Counted from the stretch's first letter, positions 27,891 through 38,777 are shown. The stretch is 64,000 nt of DNA from an uncultured Bacilli bacterium (GCA_944349335.1 CALVMW010000001.1:615671-679670), one strand, 5' to 3'. Program-made: numbers and translations. The notes: generated by a model not told the origin, from the letters alone.

Positions 27891-29495
27891 TTGGCTTATC
27901 AAGCTTTATATAACAAATATCGTCCGCAAACCTTTGAGCAAGTGGTTGGACAAAAAGCTATCGTTCAAACCTTAAAAAATGCGATAGTAGAAAATAAAAT
28001 TGCTCACGCTTATCTTTTCTGTGGCCCAAGAGGCACAGGTAAAACAACAATGGCTCGTCTTTTTGCTAAAGCTTTAAACTGCAAGGAAGGTTTAGGTCAT
28101 CAATGCTTAGATTGTCCTTCTTGTAAAGCGATAGCTAAAGGTGATCATCCTGATGTTATAGAAATAGATGCTGCTTCAAATTCTACTGTAGATAGTGTAC
28201 GTTCATTGATTGAAAACGTCTCTTATCAACCTATTATGTCAGATTATAAAATCTATATTATTGATGAAGTACATAATATGTCAAATTCCGCTTTTAATGC
28301 TCTACTAAAAACTTTAGAAGAGCCACCTTCTTTTGTTATTTTTATCCTCTGTACAACTGAACCCCAAAAGATTATTCCGACTATCCTTTCTCGCGTTCAA
28401 CGTTTTGATTTTTCAAAAATAAGAAAAGACGAACTTATTGAGAATATGAAAAACATCTTAAAATCTGAAAATATTGAATATGAAGATGAAGCCTTAAAAA
28501 TGGTTGCTAGTTTATCAGATGGTGGGGTTAGAGATTCGTTATCATTATTAGATCAACTCGTTTCTTATTGTGATAAAAAGATAGAAGCTAAAGATGTATA
28601 TACTCTTTTTGGAATTATGTCCAAAGAGGATGAAATTAAAATTATTAAAGATATATCTAATAATGATGCTGATGATTGCTTAAAGTTAATAAGAGATAAA
28701 TATCAACAGGGAGCTAATCTATTATTCTTGCATGATGATATGACTGCCATATATAAAGATATAATTATCTATAATATAACAAAAAATGTTTCTTTGCTTG
28801 AAAAAATAACTGTAGATGATATAACCAATCTTAATGTTTCTCTTGAAAATGCTAAAAATAATATAACTAGATTAACTGAGATGAGAAAAGAATATCGAAA
28901 TTCTGATAATCCTCTCTCTATCCTTGAATTAACTTTACTATCTTTCTTTGAAAACAAAAAGAAGGAATTGACTTCAACTCCTATAAAAGTTATTGCAGAT
29001 GATATTAAAATAATCCCCGAAGAAAATAAAAAAGAAGAGAAGAAAGAATATATCAAATATACTTTAAATGATATAGTAGATTTGATGCTAGATGGTCAAA
29101 ATCGAAAAGAAGAAAGAAAAAGCATCTCTTCAAAATGGGAAGAAATTTTATCTATTGAAGATAAATCTCTTACTATCGAAGCTAAAGCATTAGCTTCTTC
29201 TGTTTTGCGCTGTGTTGGTTTTGATATTCTTATAGTTTCCACTAAATATCTACAAGATTCACAATTACTCCAAGAAATAGATGTTCAACCTAAATTAAAG
29301 AAGATTGCAAATACTATCTTTAATAAAGAATACAATATTCTTGTTATCACTGATACTGAATTTAAAGAAGCATATAACATGTTTAAATCTGCTGATAAAT
29401 CTACTCAACCATTAAAACCAAATATTTACTTTGGCAAAGAAAAGAATTTATTAGCTTCTACTGAATTCTTCAATTCACTTAAAATAGATGATTAA
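27891..29495 (+). CDS. dnaX: DNA polymerase III subunit gamma/tau
   Basis: AAA+ clamp-loader motifs (GPRGTGKTT, IIDEVH, SRVQRFDF). 534 aa. Confidence 0.95.
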   Translation: MAYQALYNKYRPQTFEQVVGQKAIVQTLKNAIVENKIAHAYLFCGPRGTGKTTMARLFAKALNCKEGLGHQCLDCPSCKAIAKGDHPDVIEIDAASNSTVDSVRSLIENVSYQPIMSDYKIYIIDEVHNMSNSAFNALLKTLEEPPSFVIFILCTTEPQKIIPTILSRVQRFDFSKIRKDELIENMKNILKSENIEYEDEALKMVASLSDGGVRDSLSLLDQLVSYCDKKIEAKDVYTLFGIMSKEDEIKIIKDISNNDADDCLKLIRDKYQQGANLLFLHDDMTAIYKDIIIYNITKNVSLLEKITVDDITNLNVSLENAKNNITRLTEMRKEYRNSDNPLSILELTLLSFFENKKKELTSTPIKVIADDIKIIPEENKKEEKKEYIKYTLNDIVDLMLDGQNRKEERKSISSKWEEILSIEDKSLTIEAKALASSVLRCVGFDILIVSTKYLQDSQLLQEIDVQPKLKKIANTIFNKEYNILVITDTEFKEAYNMFKSADKSTQPLKPNIYFGKEKNLLASTEFFNSLKIDD

Positions 29496-29507
29496 GGAGG
29501 AAATAAT

Positions 29508-29852
29508 ATGGCTGAAGATGAAAACATTAAAAAATCAAAACAAGCTGTCGACCTTTTAATGCTTCAAAATAAAGCTAAAGAGTTTCAAGAACGCTCTAAC
29601 AACCTTTTAAATAAAAATTATCAAGGACGCGTTCAAGGCGTAACTATTACAATGAAAGGTAATCACGATATAGTTGAAATTCATATTGATCAGTCTTTTT
29701 ATGAGACTGCTGGTAAAGGAGAATTAGAAATAGCTTTTATTAAGTGTTTATCTAATCTCAATACAGCAATAAATAATGAGCAACAAGAATTACAAAATGA
29801 GTTGCAAAAAGAAATTATAATGATGCAACAGAAACAAAATGAAGAATATTAA
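29508..29852 (+). CDS. ybaB: Nucleoid-associated protein YbaB/EbfC
   Basis: 114 aa in the conserved position between dnaX and recR. Confidence 0.85.
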   Translation: MAEDENIKKSKQAVDLLMLQNKAKEFQERSNNLLNKNYQGRVQGVTITMKGNHDIVEIHIDQSFYETAGKGELEIAFIKCLSNLNTAINNEQQELQNELQKEIIMMQQKQNEEY

Positions 29853-30450
29853 AACAATAGACGATCTTATTCGCTGCTATAAAACTTTACCCGGTATCGG
29901 CAGTAAAACTGCTGAAAGATTAGCCTATGCTACTTTACAATTATCTAAAGAAGAGAGAGATGACTTCATCTCCTCTTTTATTAAGTGCAATGATGAAGTA
30001 AAAATATGTGATAAATGTGGTTTTTTCTACGAAGGCGAATGTCCTATATGTAATGATCCAAAGAGAGAACATTCTTCTGTTATGATCGTCTCAAGCTCTA
30101 AAGATGTCTTAACTATTGATAATACAGAAGAATATAATGGTTTATATTTCATTTTAAAAGGAACGATCTCTCCTTTAAAAAATATTACTGCTCAAGATAT
30201 TGGACTTGATAAGTTAGAAAAATACATCACCCAAAATAATTGTCGAGAAATAATATTAGCTTTACCTACTAATATCGAAGGAGAAACTACTTCTTTATAT
30301 ATAACTAATATGTTCAAAGATTCTTCTCTTAACATCTCACGCTTAGCTTCTGGCATCCCTTTAGGAACTAATTTAGAGTATATAGATAATATGACGATTT
30401 CTCGTTCAATAAAAGATAGAATATTTATTAAAGGAGTTAAAGATGAATAA
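29839..30450 (+). CDS. recR: Recombination protein RecR
   Basis: HhH (LPGIGSKTAERLAY), C4 zinc finger (CDKCGFFYEGECPIC), Toprim domain. 203 aa. Confidence 0.95.
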   Translation: MKNIKTIDDLIRCYKTLPGIGSKTAERLAYATLQLSKEERDDFISSFIKCNDEVKICDKCGFFYEGECPICNDPKREHSSVMIVSSSKDVLTIDNTEEYNGLYFILKGTISPLKNITAQDIGLDKLEKYITQNNCREIILALPTNIEGETTSLYITNMFKDSSLNISRLASGIPLGTNLEYIDNMTISRSIKDRIFIKGVKDE

Positions 30451-31081
30451 AGGCTTATTTTTAACCTTTGAGGGTTGTGATGGCTGTGGAAAAACAACAG
30501 TTATCAAAGAAGTATATGAGGAATTATTAAAAAGAAATATTTCTTGTCTTTTAACAAGAGAACCTGGTGGAAGTAAAATTGCTGAAGAGATTAGAAATAT
30601 TATCCTCGATAGAAAAAACACCGAAATGGATATTCGTACAGAAGCTCTTCTTTATGCTGCTTCAAGAAGACAACATTTAATAGAAATAATCTTACCTGCT
30701 CTAAAAGAAGGAAAAATTATATTATGTGATCGCTATTTAGATTCCTCTCTAGCTTATCAAGGATATGCGCGCGGTATCGGAATTGAAGAGGTTTATAGTA
30801 TCAATCTTTTTGCTACAGATAATCAATTGCCTGATGTAACTTTCTTCTTTGATTTAAGTGCTGAAGAAGGATTAAACCGAATCTCCAAAAACAAAAATAG
30901 AGAAATTAATAGATTAGACTTAGAAAAATTAGATTTTCATAAGAAAGTATATGAAGGATATAAAAAGATCATCGATAAATATCAAAACCGCACTTTTAAA
31001 ATTATTGATGCTCATAAAACAATAGAAGAAGAAAAGGAAGAGATTCTTTCTATCATTTTAAATCTTATAAACAATGGATAA
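30443..31081 (+). CDS. tmk: Thymidylate kinase
   Basis: P-loop FEGCDGCGKTT, DRY motif (CDRYLDSSLAYQG). 212 aa. Confidence 0.93.
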   Translation: MNKGLFLTFEGCDGCGKTTVIKEVYEELLKRNISCLLTREPGGSKIAEEIRNIILDRKNTEMDIRTEALLYAASRRQHLIEIILPALKEGKIILCDRYLDSSLAYQGYARGIGIEEVYSINLFATDNQLPDVTFFFDLSAEEGLNRISKNKNREINRLDLEKLDFHKKVYEGYKKIIDKYQNRTFKIIDAHKTIEEEKEEILSIILNLINNG

Positions 31082-32066
31082 AGAGACATTACTTAAGACT
31101 GAACCAAAAATAGCAAAGTTATTTATCAACTCACGAAAAAAAGATAGGCTTGCTCATACTTATCTTTTATATGGAGATAAAATATCTCCTTTAAAAGAAA
31201 TAGCTTTTTATTTAGCTCAATCACTAAACTGTAAACAGGATTTTTTAGCATGTAACAACTGTCCTTCTTGTCAAAGATTTTTAAAAGGAATTCACCCGGA
31301 TTTTACTTTTATTGATGGTGATAAAGAAACAATTAAAAAAGAACAGATTCAAAACATCTTAAAAAAATATTCTCTTTCTGCTGTTGAAAAAGGACATATT
31401 CTTTCTTTAGTTATTCATAAAGTGGAAAATATGACTGATGAGGCTTCAAATACACTTTTAAAATTCTTAGAAGAACCTAAAGAAGAACAAGTAGTATTTT
31501 TAACCACGTATAATCCAGAAAAAGTTTTAAAAACTATTTTATCTCGCTGTATCACTTTAAATTTAACACCTTCAAAAACAAATAATTATCAACAATATTT
31601 AGACTATAACTATAAAGATGAAAAAGATAAAAATTATAATCTCACCGCTTTTACTAGTTATATCGCCTCTTTTCTTTTTGCTTTTCCTTTTGAATTAGAA
31701 GAAAATTTAAAAGAAGATAAAACATTCTTATTAGCAAGCGAAGTAGTAGAAAACTTTTTAACTAATCTAACACATAATATATCTCTCGCCACATATAATT
31801 TATTGAAAGATACCACACAAATTAAAGATAATAAATGTTATAATTGGATATATCTGTCTTTAGATGTTATTTTTTCATTAGCATTAAATAATAAAACAGA
31901 TATAAAAGGACCAGCTGAAGAAGTTCTTTCTTTTTTAAAAAGGAAGGAAAATTTGGTCATAGACGGTGAAAAGATATTGAAAGAAGCAATAAATTTGAAA
32001 TCTTTAAATTTAAATCCCACTTCAACTCTCAGCCGCTTTTTATTAACTTTAGATAAGGACTATTAA
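31074..32066 (+). CDS. holB: DNA polymerase III subunit delta'
   Basis: AHTYLLYG degenerate P-loop, CxxCxxC zinc module (CNNCPSCQRF), TILSRC sensor. Synteny after tmk. Confidence 0.85.
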   Translation: MDKETLLKTEPKIAKLFINSRKKDRLAHTYLLYGDKISPLKEIAFYLAQSLNCKQDFLACNNCPSCQRFLKGIHPDFTFIDGDKETIKKEQIQNILKKYSLSAVEKGHILSLVIHKVENMTDEASNTLLKFLEEPKEEQVVFLTTYNPEKVLKTILSRCITLNLTPSKTNNYQQYLDYNYKDEKDKNYNLTAFTSYIASFLFAFPFELEENLKEDKTFLLASEVVENFLTNLTHNISLATYNLLKDTTQIKDNKCYNWIYLSLDVIFSLALNNKTDIKGPAEEVLSFLKRKENLVIDGEKILKEAINLKSLNLNPTSTLSRFLLTLDKDY

Positions 32067-32067
32067 T

Positions 32068-33189
32068 ATGGCTACTTCATTAATTGGAATCTCATTTGAT
32101 TTTACAGGTTTATGTTATTACCAAACAAATAAAGATGTTGAAATCGGTTCTTTAGTTGTTTGTAATACCCCTCATGGAAATTACATCGGAAAAGTTTCAA
32201 AGATTAGAAAACCCACTGAAAAAGAATTAAATAATCCTGACTTTGAAACACTCTATCCACCTGTATTAAGAATGGCAACTTTTCAAGATCAAAGATTTGC
32301 AGAAGAAAACAAAGATAAAGAGATTGAAATTTCAAGGATGACTCAACAAGAAGCAGATCTGTTATCTTTAGATATGAAAGTTTTAAAATCTTATCTTGAT
32401 GTTGAAGATAGCAAAGTGTTAATCACTTTTATCGCTGATGGTCGTATCGATTTTAGAGAATTAGTCAAAATATTAAATGGTATATTCCATCTTCGTATTG
32501 AGCTTAGACAAATTGGACCAAGAGATAAAGCGCGTCTAGTTGGAGGTATTGGTCTTTGTGGCCTACCTATTTGCTGTTCTGTCTTTTTAAAATCTTTCGA
32601 TGGCATATCTATCGCAATGGCTAAAAATCAATTATTAGTTATCAATATACCTAAATTATCCGGTCAATGCGGTAAACTCATGTGCTGTTTAAAATATGAA
32701 GATGAAACTTATACTGAAATTCGTCCTCTTTATCCTAAGATTGGCGAGAAGATCACTTATAAGAATTCGACCTATGAAGTTTCTTCAATCAACATACTTA
32801 ATGATACTATCACTCTTTATAATGGCAGCAACTATGAATATTTCACTAAAGAACAATTAGAAAGAGTTAAAAACGGTTTAGAAAAGGTTGAAGAAGTAGT
32901 CTTTAAAGATATAAATTCTGGGGTTGATCTTTCTGGTTTTGGTTTAAATGAAACTAATAATCGTATCAATAAAATAAAAATATTTGAAGAAAAACATATT
33001 GAAGATATTAAGAACGCTAAAGAGAAAAAGACTAAAAATAAACCCACTAATAAAAATAATCGTTATTATACTCATACATATCAAAACAAGAGCAAAAAAG
33101 ACTCTGGTTTTATCCCTGTCTCCCAAATTGCTGATAAAGAAGTTCTCTCCATCAAAGGAGTAGTAAAAAAAGAAGATGATAATAAATAA
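32068..33189 (+). CDS. ricT: PSP1-domain protein RicT/YaaT
   Basis: PSP1 C-terminal domain with Cys cluster (GLCGLPICCSVFLK...QCGKLMCCLKYE). Conserved position after holB. Confidence 0.85.
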   Translation: MATSLIGISFDFTGLCYYQTNKDVEIGSLVVCNTPHGNYIGKVSKIRKPTEKELNNPDFETLYPPVLRMATFQDQRFAEENKDKEIEISRMTQQEADLLSLDMKVLKSYLDVEDSKVLITFIADGRIDFRELVKILNGIFHLRIELRQIGPRDKARLVGGIGLCGLPICCSVFLKSFDGISIAMAKNQLLVINIPKLSGQCGKLMCCLKYEDETYTEIRPLYPKIGEKITYKNSTYEVSSINILNDTITLYNGSNYEYFTKEQLERVKNGLEKVEEVVFKDINSGVDLSGFGLNETNNRINKIKIFEEKHIEDIKNAKEKKTKNKPTNKNNRYYTHTYQNKSKKDSGFIPVSQIADKEVLSIKGVVKKEDDNK

Positions 33190-34033
33190 TCCTTATCTAA
33201 AAAAAGATAAGCCTTTAATAACATTAGTAAGTACGCCTATCGGTAATCTTGAAGATATAACTATCCGAGCTTTAAACTATTTAAAATCTTGCGATATTAT
33301 TGCTTGTGAAGATACTCGGGTTACTATGAAACTACTAAAACACTATAATATCGAATCTAAACCGCTCGTCTCTTTATATGCCCAAACAGAGAGAAAAAAT
33401 TGCATTGCTCTTATTGAAAAAGTAAAAAAAGATAATCTTAAACTAGCTTATTGTTCTGATGCTGGTATGCCTTGCATTTCTGATCCTGGCAATATTTTAG
33501 TTAGCGAAGCTTATAAAGCCGGAGTCAGCGTTTCAATTATTCCAGGGCCTTCGGCATCTTTATCCGCTTTAGCAATATCAGGTTTAAATAGTGCTGATTT
33601 TGCTTTCTATGGATTTTTACCAACAAAATCAGGTGCAATAAAAGAGATGTTAAACAAAATAAAAGATGATAGTAAAACAGCTATCTTTTATGAATCTCCA
33701 AAAAGAATTTCAAAAACTATCTCTTATATGAAAGAAATATATGGTAAAGATAGAAAAGCTGCTATTGTAAGAGAAATAACTAAATTATATGAGGAATCTT
33801 TAATCGGAACTTTAGAAGAATTAGAAAAGATTGAAGAACTTAAAGGAGAATGTGTAATTTTAGTTGAAGGTGTTCTAGAAAAAAAACAACTTTCAGAAGC
33901 AGAACTAATTGAACTTATCAGGGAAGAACTAAAAAATGGTTCTTCAGTAAAAGATTTATCTAAAAAAATCGCTGAACAAGAAAATATTAAAAAAAGCGAT
34001 GTTTATAAATTAGCTCTATCACTTATTAATTAA
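33176..34033 (+). CDS. rsmI: 16S rRNA (cytidine1402-2'-O)-methyltransferase RsmI
   Basis: Tetrapyrrole-methylase fold signature (LVSTPIGNLEDITIRAL...IACEDTR). 285 aa. Confidence 0.9.
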   Translation: MIINNPYLKKDKPLITLVSTPIGNLEDITIRALNYLKSCDIIACEDTRVTMKLLKHYNIESKPLVSLYAQTERKNCIALIEKVKKDNLKLAYCSDAGMPCISDPGNILVSEAYKAGVSVSIIPGPSASLSALAISGLNSADFAFYGFLPTKSGAIKEMLNKIKDDSKTAIFYESPKRISKTISYMKEIYGKDRKAAIVREITKLYEESLIGTLEELEKIEELKGECVILVEGVLEKKQLSEAELIELIREELKNGSSVKDLSKKIAEQENIKKSDVYKLALSLIN

Positions 34034-34868
34034 TGATATCTTTTGCTTGTTTATTATGTAAGCGTACAAGATCATCTTTAATTTGAATGTGTTGAATTAT
34101 CATTTTAACAATTTTAGTAAGAGTGCTATTTTCTGTATAATCAGCTGCTGCAATATAATCGACACGATTATCTGCAAAAAGCTGACTAGCTGTAAGTTTC
34201 TTCTTGCTATAAACAGCAATAGAAAATCCACCCTTTTCTCTTACTAATTTCATACAAGGAACATCGGTTAATCCATCTGCGATATAAATCATATTCCTAA
34301 AAGGAATCATTCTCTCAGATTCAGGAACAAAAGAATTAACTTTATCATTGTCTGCAATATCAAATACACCTTTGTTAATACGGAAAAGATATTGTGTTTT
34401 TGTTGTATAGTTTATGACATTTTTAGGCCATATAGCAACATCGTTTTCATAAAGAAATTCACAAGCAAAAACTTCTTTGAAATATTTAAAAACATCAGAG
34501 CCTTCAATTATTTCTTTATTACCTGACGAGATAACATAATGTTCAATATCAACATTTAATGATTTACCATATTCATTTATATTATTAAACCATTCTTTTA
34601 CCCCTGGGAAAAATTGGATATTTTTACCCATGTTGACAAAAGCTTCTCTATTAATAGGTAAATTCTTTTCTTTCGAATACTTAATCATTAAATACATATA
34701 GACTAAAAGCGACTCCATATGTTCTTTCTTCGAAAATTCGTTACACTGCTCCCAAAATTCTTGAGGTTTAATGTTCAAAGCCGGTATGAATGAATAGTTC
34801 TGCATATCGGTAGTGCAAAGAGTCTTATCAAAGTCATAAATAAGTGCTATTTTTGCTTTATATTTCAT
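34026..34868 (-). CDS. HAD-superfamily hydrolase
   Basis: DxDxT motif I (IYDFDKTL) near the N-terminus, late GDGxxD-like motif (IADGLTD). Preferred start is MKYKAK at 34868 with a GAGGAA RBS; the ORF track extends to 34946. Confidence 0.75.
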   Translation of the reverse strand: MKYKAKIALIYDFDKTLCTTDMQNYSFIPALNIKPQEFWEQCNEFSKKEHMESLLVYMYLMIKYSKEKNLPINREAFVNMGKNIQFFPGVKEWFNNINEYGKSLNVDIEHYVISSGNKEIIEGSDVFKYFKEVFACEFLYENDVAIWPKNVINYTTKTQYLFRINKGVFDIADNDKVNSFVPESERMIPFRNMIYIADGLTDVPCMKLVREKGGFSIAVYSKKKLTASQLFADNRVDYIAAADYTENSTLTKIVKMIIQHIQIKDDLVRLHNKQAKDIIN

Positions 34869-35091
34869 ACTTTCCTCACTTCTATTTTTATTGTAACATA
34901 AATAAGATGCTTTCTTTACATCATTTTTTCTTTTAAATAACTTCATGCCTATTATTTTCCTTATCTCTACTTATATTTGAGTTATTAGTCCTTTTATTAA
35001 AAATAACTTGAATAAAAATGCTAAATAAGATATAGTATTGAATGCTCATTTATTAAAATGATGTTTTTTTAGAATTAATAGGAGGCTTAAA

Positions 35092-35313
35092 ATGAAGAAG
35101 GACATTCACCCTGAATATCATCGCGCTAAAGTCACCTGCATGACTTGTGGTAACACCTTTGAAACTGGTTCTACTTTAAAAGAAATTAAAGTTGATACTT
35201 GTTCTAATTGCCACAGCTTCTATACAGGTAAGTTAACTTTCACTGCTGACACTGGTCGTGTTGCAAAGTTCAACAAAAAAGTTCAAGATAGCGAAGCTAA
35301 AAAGAATAAATAA
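35092..35313 (+). CDS. rpmE: 50S ribosomal protein L31 (type A, zinc-binding)
   Basis: MKKDIHPEY...CxxC...CSNCH. 73 aa. Confidence 0.95.
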   Translation: MKKDIHPEYHRAKVTCMTCGNTFETGSTLKEIKVDTCSNCHSFYTGKLTFTADTGRVAKFNKKVQDSEAKKNK

Positions 35314-35337
35314 TCCGCTTTAATTGCGGATTTTTTA
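35312..35337 (+). terminator. Rho-independent terminator after rpmE
   Basis: AATCCGC-TTTAATT-GCGGATT followed by TTTTT. Confidence 0.85.
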
Positions 35338-35365
35338 TTATCCCTTCTCTTTAATGTTCTAAACG

Positions 35366-38011
35366 ATGTCACAAAATTTAAGTTTTTCTTTTTTATCAAA
35401 TAAATATAATTCCTCTTTAAAGATTTTACACGCCAGCACCCTTTCTATTATTTCAAAAAACTCTTTAGAGAGTTTTTTTATTGGTTCTCCGTTAACTTAT
35501 AGTGGCACCATCAAAGAATATTTTGCTCCTGTTTTATTAGTCGAGAATGAAATTGATGTTGCCTATCCTATCTTCTTCATTTCTATTATTAAAGAGAAAA
35601 AAGATGATTTGATCTCTTCTTTTATTTCTACTAAAAAAGTTTTACTTAATTCATTAGCTATCGATAAACTTAAAGAAATAAATATCGATTTAACTGATAT
35701 ATCACGATTAGATGACCTCTCTTCTTTTGTCTTTTCTTTATCTTCAATGATCAATTTAAAAGATGAGAAAGAACACTACTCTCTTATTTTTGCTTACTCT
35801 TTCTTTAATGAAGAAGATATTATTATCAATTCTTTATATCCTATCTTAAAAAATAATACTCTTTTTTCTTTGCCTGCTAAATATCAAAATTTATATTCTC
35901 CTAATAAAACTCATATTCAAAAAAATGATAACTTTATTATTAATATTCTTTCTCTATTAGAAGAAGAAAAAATAGTATCTTTAAAATATAGTAATGAAAA
36001 AGATATTATAAATATATTAATTAATCTCGCTTTTGAAAATCTAAAAAATAATAAAAATATAGCTGTTTTTATAAGTGATGATAAAAGTGAAAAATTAACT
36101 TCTTTTACTGAAAATGATTTTTTATTCTCTTCATTTCCTAAATCTAAACAAGAAAAGACAATAGATTTTGACCATCGTTATAATGAAGCAAAAGATACTC
36201 TTCTTTCTTATATAAAAAAGAAAGAAAATATTTATTATTTATTAAAAGTAATCTATTCTTCTTTAAATAAGGATGAAATAAAAGAGATATCAGAAAGTAA
36301 AAATAAAATTTTTACATTAAATACTTCTAATTATTCTGAAGAAGATTATGAAGTAGATCTAGTATTTTTAAATAAACTTTCTTCTTTTCCAACTTTATTT
36401 AATACTAAATTAAAAGATCATGTTTATTATGGCTTGAGCTGCTCTGATAAAAAAGAAAATTACAACATTATCCACTCTTTAATTTCACAAATAATTTCTG
36501 ACATTCAACAATTCAAAGAAATCCTTTCAAAAAAAAATATTTTAGATCTATACAATAATCCCATTTCTTCTTTTTCTTCTTTTGAAAAATACGGTGAAGA
36601 ATTATATCTATTAGAAACAATTCCAAATATAACTAAAGAATACGACACTAAAGATATTGATTTAAATTCATTAAAAAAGTTATATCAATCTATCTCTTCC
36701 ATTATTTTATTAATTAATAATATATTAGACTCAAATATCTATAATGATAACATTAATGATATTGTTGAAAAATATAACTCTGCTACTTTTTTACAAAAAA
36801 GAAAGATTAAAAAACATATCGAAAACTTATATATAGATAAAAGCAAAAAAGAAAAAAATAAATTTTCGACAATCATGCGTTTATTAAAGCTCTATGTAGA
36901 ACAAAATCAAGAAATTATTTCCTTATTACCTGCTTCTTTCTATCAAAATGAAAGAGGTATCGAATCATTAAAAGATATTCAAAACATTGAAAATCAAATT
37001 AATAATTACAATCGTTTTAAACAATATAAAGAAAAGAATCCTGAATTCTCTTTAAATAATCCTCTTATTTCTGCTTGTTTAGATAAACCAGAAGTTTTAG
37101 CTAAAAGGATTTCTGATTATCGGATAATAAATAAACTTTATCTTTCTTTAAAAACAAAAATAAACACTTTTATCGGTTATTTCTTAGATGATAACTATCC
37201 TTTCTTTACTAGTAATATAAATGAACTTTTAACTTACTTCCAAAATAAAACTCGTGGAGACTATCAACTATTCTCTAATTATGCTGATTTTAAAACTGAA
37301 TTAAAAAAGACTTCATTTACTTTACAATTAGCTTTAAGAAGATTCCAAAACTTCAATATAAAATATCAAGATTATAAAGTAACTTATTTAAAGTCGCTAA
37401 TCTTATCCATTAAAGATAATGCTGATGAAAACTTTGAAGAGATTGAAAAAGAGTTTAATCAGGCAGAAGAAAACTATAAAAATATGATTTTAAATATTAA
37501 AGATATAGTGATCAATAATCTTTGTTATTATACCTATACCAATGAAAATAGTGCTCTTTATCTATTCACTCCAGATGATTTATATTTATTAAACAAAGAT
37601 ATTTTTGATTTAGCAATAATTTTTAATACAGAAGATTTCTCACAAGTAGAAATATTTAAAATATTATCTTCAGCTAAAACTCTTCTTTTATTAAATAAAA
37701 ACTCTTCTTATGATGAAAGAATAATTGATTTTAATTCTTTATCTTGCGACTTAAAAGATCAATTTATTTTCTATAAACTTACTCATGAGGAGTTAAATAA
37801 TCATTATCAAAAATATTTAGAAGATAATTCTTATCAAGAAATAGATAATGATTACCCATATTTAATTAAAGATGATGATAATATTATATGCCTCTTTTTC
37901 AATACTGATATTTATGATAAGGAAGAAGAATTTATACAGCTTTCAACAAATTTAAATATTTTATATAGTTATCAAATTAAAGTTATCGATATTATCGAAC
38001 TCTTAAAATAA
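35366..38011 (+). CDS. Large hypothetical protein (881 aa), no recognisable domain
   Basis: Long intact ORF, N/K/I/L/S-rich with no TM segments. Only a faint helicase-motif-II-like stretch (LAIIFNTEDFSQ). No SD sequence before the annotated ATG. Confidence 0.55.
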   Translation: MSQNLSFSFLSNKYNSSLKILHASTLSIISKNSLESFFIGSPLTYSGTIKEYFAPVLLVENEIDVAYPIFFISIIKEKKDDLISSFISTKKVLLNSLAIDKLKEINIDLTDISRLDDLSSFVFSLSSMINLKDEKEHYSLIFAYSFFNEEDIIINSLYPILKNNTLFSLPAKYQNLYSPNKTHIQKNDNFIINILSLLEEEKIVSLKYSNEKDIINILINLAFENLKNNKNIAVFISDDKSEKLTSFTENDFLFSSFPKSKQEKTIDFDHRYNEAKDTLLSYIKKKENIYYLLKVIYSSLNKDEIKEISESKNKIFTLNTSNYSEEDYEVDLVFLNKLSSFPTLFNTKLKDHVYYGLSCSDKKENYNIIHSLISQIISDIQQFKEILSKKNILDLYNNPISSFSSFEKYGEELYLLETIPNITKEYDTKDIDLNSLKKLYQSISSIILLINNILDSNIYNDNINDIVEKYNSATFLQKRKIKKHIENLYIDKSKKEKNKFSTIMRLLKLYVEQNQEIISLLPASFYQNERGIESLKDIQNIENQINNYNRFKQYKEKNPEFSLNNPLISACLDKPEVLAKRISDYRIINKLYLSLKTKINTFIGYFLDDNYPFFTSNINELLTYFQNKTRGDYQLFSNYADFKTELKKTSFTLQLALRRFQNFNIKYQDYKVTYLKSLILSIKDNADENFEEIEKEFNQAEENYKNMILNIKDIVINNLCYYTYTNENSALYLFTPDDLYLLNKDIFDLAIIFNTEDFSQVEIFKILSSAKTLLLLNKNSSYDERIIDFNSLSCDLKDQFIFYKLTHEELNNHYQKYLEDNSYQEIDNDYPYLIKDDDNIICLFFNTDIYDKEEEFIQLSTNLNILYSYQIKVIDIIELLK

Positions 38012-38012
38012 A

Positions 38013-38034
38013 AAGAGAGGATTTCTCCTCTCTT
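38013..38034. terminator. Bidirectional terminator between the 881-aa ORF and the convergent SOR gene
   Basis: AAGAGAGGA-TTTC-TCCTCTCTT, a 9-bp stem flanked by A/T runs on both strands. Confidence 0.7.
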
Positions 38035-38401
38035 AAGCGATCTCTTTAACCCAAAGGCCGTGAAGATTACAATATTCGTAAACAGCCTTTACTTTTTCAC
38101 CCTCTGCTAATTCAAAATCAGCCTTAGGTTCACCTGTTTTTTCAAGATACTTAACTTGAACAACATCATCTGTTACACAAGCAATAAAAGCTATATGATG
38201 TTCAACAGTCATCGGATGGATTGTACTTCCGACTTCAACATGAACCTTATTGCCTTCGATTGAAACAACAGGAACATGCTTTTCAGTAGCTGCATCTATT
38301 GAGTTAGCTTTTAACTCAATATAATTATCATCTCCTTCTTTAGGAAGTAAAGAAAATACAACCAAACCACTCTCTTTCTCTTTGTAAAATTTAACATCCA
38401 T
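38033..38401 (-). CDS. Superoxide reductase (1Fe-SOR / neelaredoxin-desulfoferrodoxin family)
   Basis: EKHVPV, HP...EHHI and CNLHGLW ligand motifs. 122 aa. AGGAGG RBS. Confidence 0.85.
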   Translation of the reverse strand: MDVKFYKEKESGLVVFSLLPKEGDDNYIELKANSIDAATEKHVPVVSIEGNKVHVEVGSTIHPMTVEHHIAFIACVTDDVVQVKYLEKTGEPKADFELAEGEKVKAVYEYCNLHGLWVKEIA

Positions 38402-38433
38402 AACATTTGCCTCCTATCTTTATTTTATCATTA

Positions 38434-38688
38434 TTAACGGAAATATTCGCGAAAATCGAACTGATATTTATGACGGCAATATTGAATAATATCAAAAATA
38501 TTCCATAAAACACCGACAAAAATAAGGTTATATAAAAGTTTAACTAAAGCAAACTTCCAACCTAATTTAAATGATTTAATATAAACAAATTTATCGATTC
38601 CTAACCATCCTAAGAATATTAAACAAAGCAAGAATAGTGGAGAAAACTCTTCTTTTTCATTACTATAATCAGTTTTTGCCATCTGCAT
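38434..38688 (-). CDS. TM2-domain small membrane protein
   Basis: 84 aa, two TMs, with LGWLGIDKFY resembling the TM2 GxxGxHRFY signature. Confidence 0.6.
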   Translation of the reverse strand: MQMAKTDYSNEKEEFSPLFLLCLIFLGWLGIDKFVYIKSFKLGWKFALVKLLYNLIFVGVLWNIFDIIQYCRHKYQFDFREYFR

Positions 38689-38777
38689 TCCTCCTATAGA
38701 CTAAATAATTATAACTTACTTTTTTCTTTTTTTGTATCGTCTAGCATTTTTATTTGAATTATTATCACTACTAACCC

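Noticed and set aside
29016-29040. A-rich run (AATAAAAAAGAAG) in dnaX considered as a gamma-subunit -1 frameshift site
   Set aside because: The zero-frame codons are AAT AAA AAA GAA, which does not fit the A AAA AAG heptamer in the correct register. No downstream stem-loop noticed.
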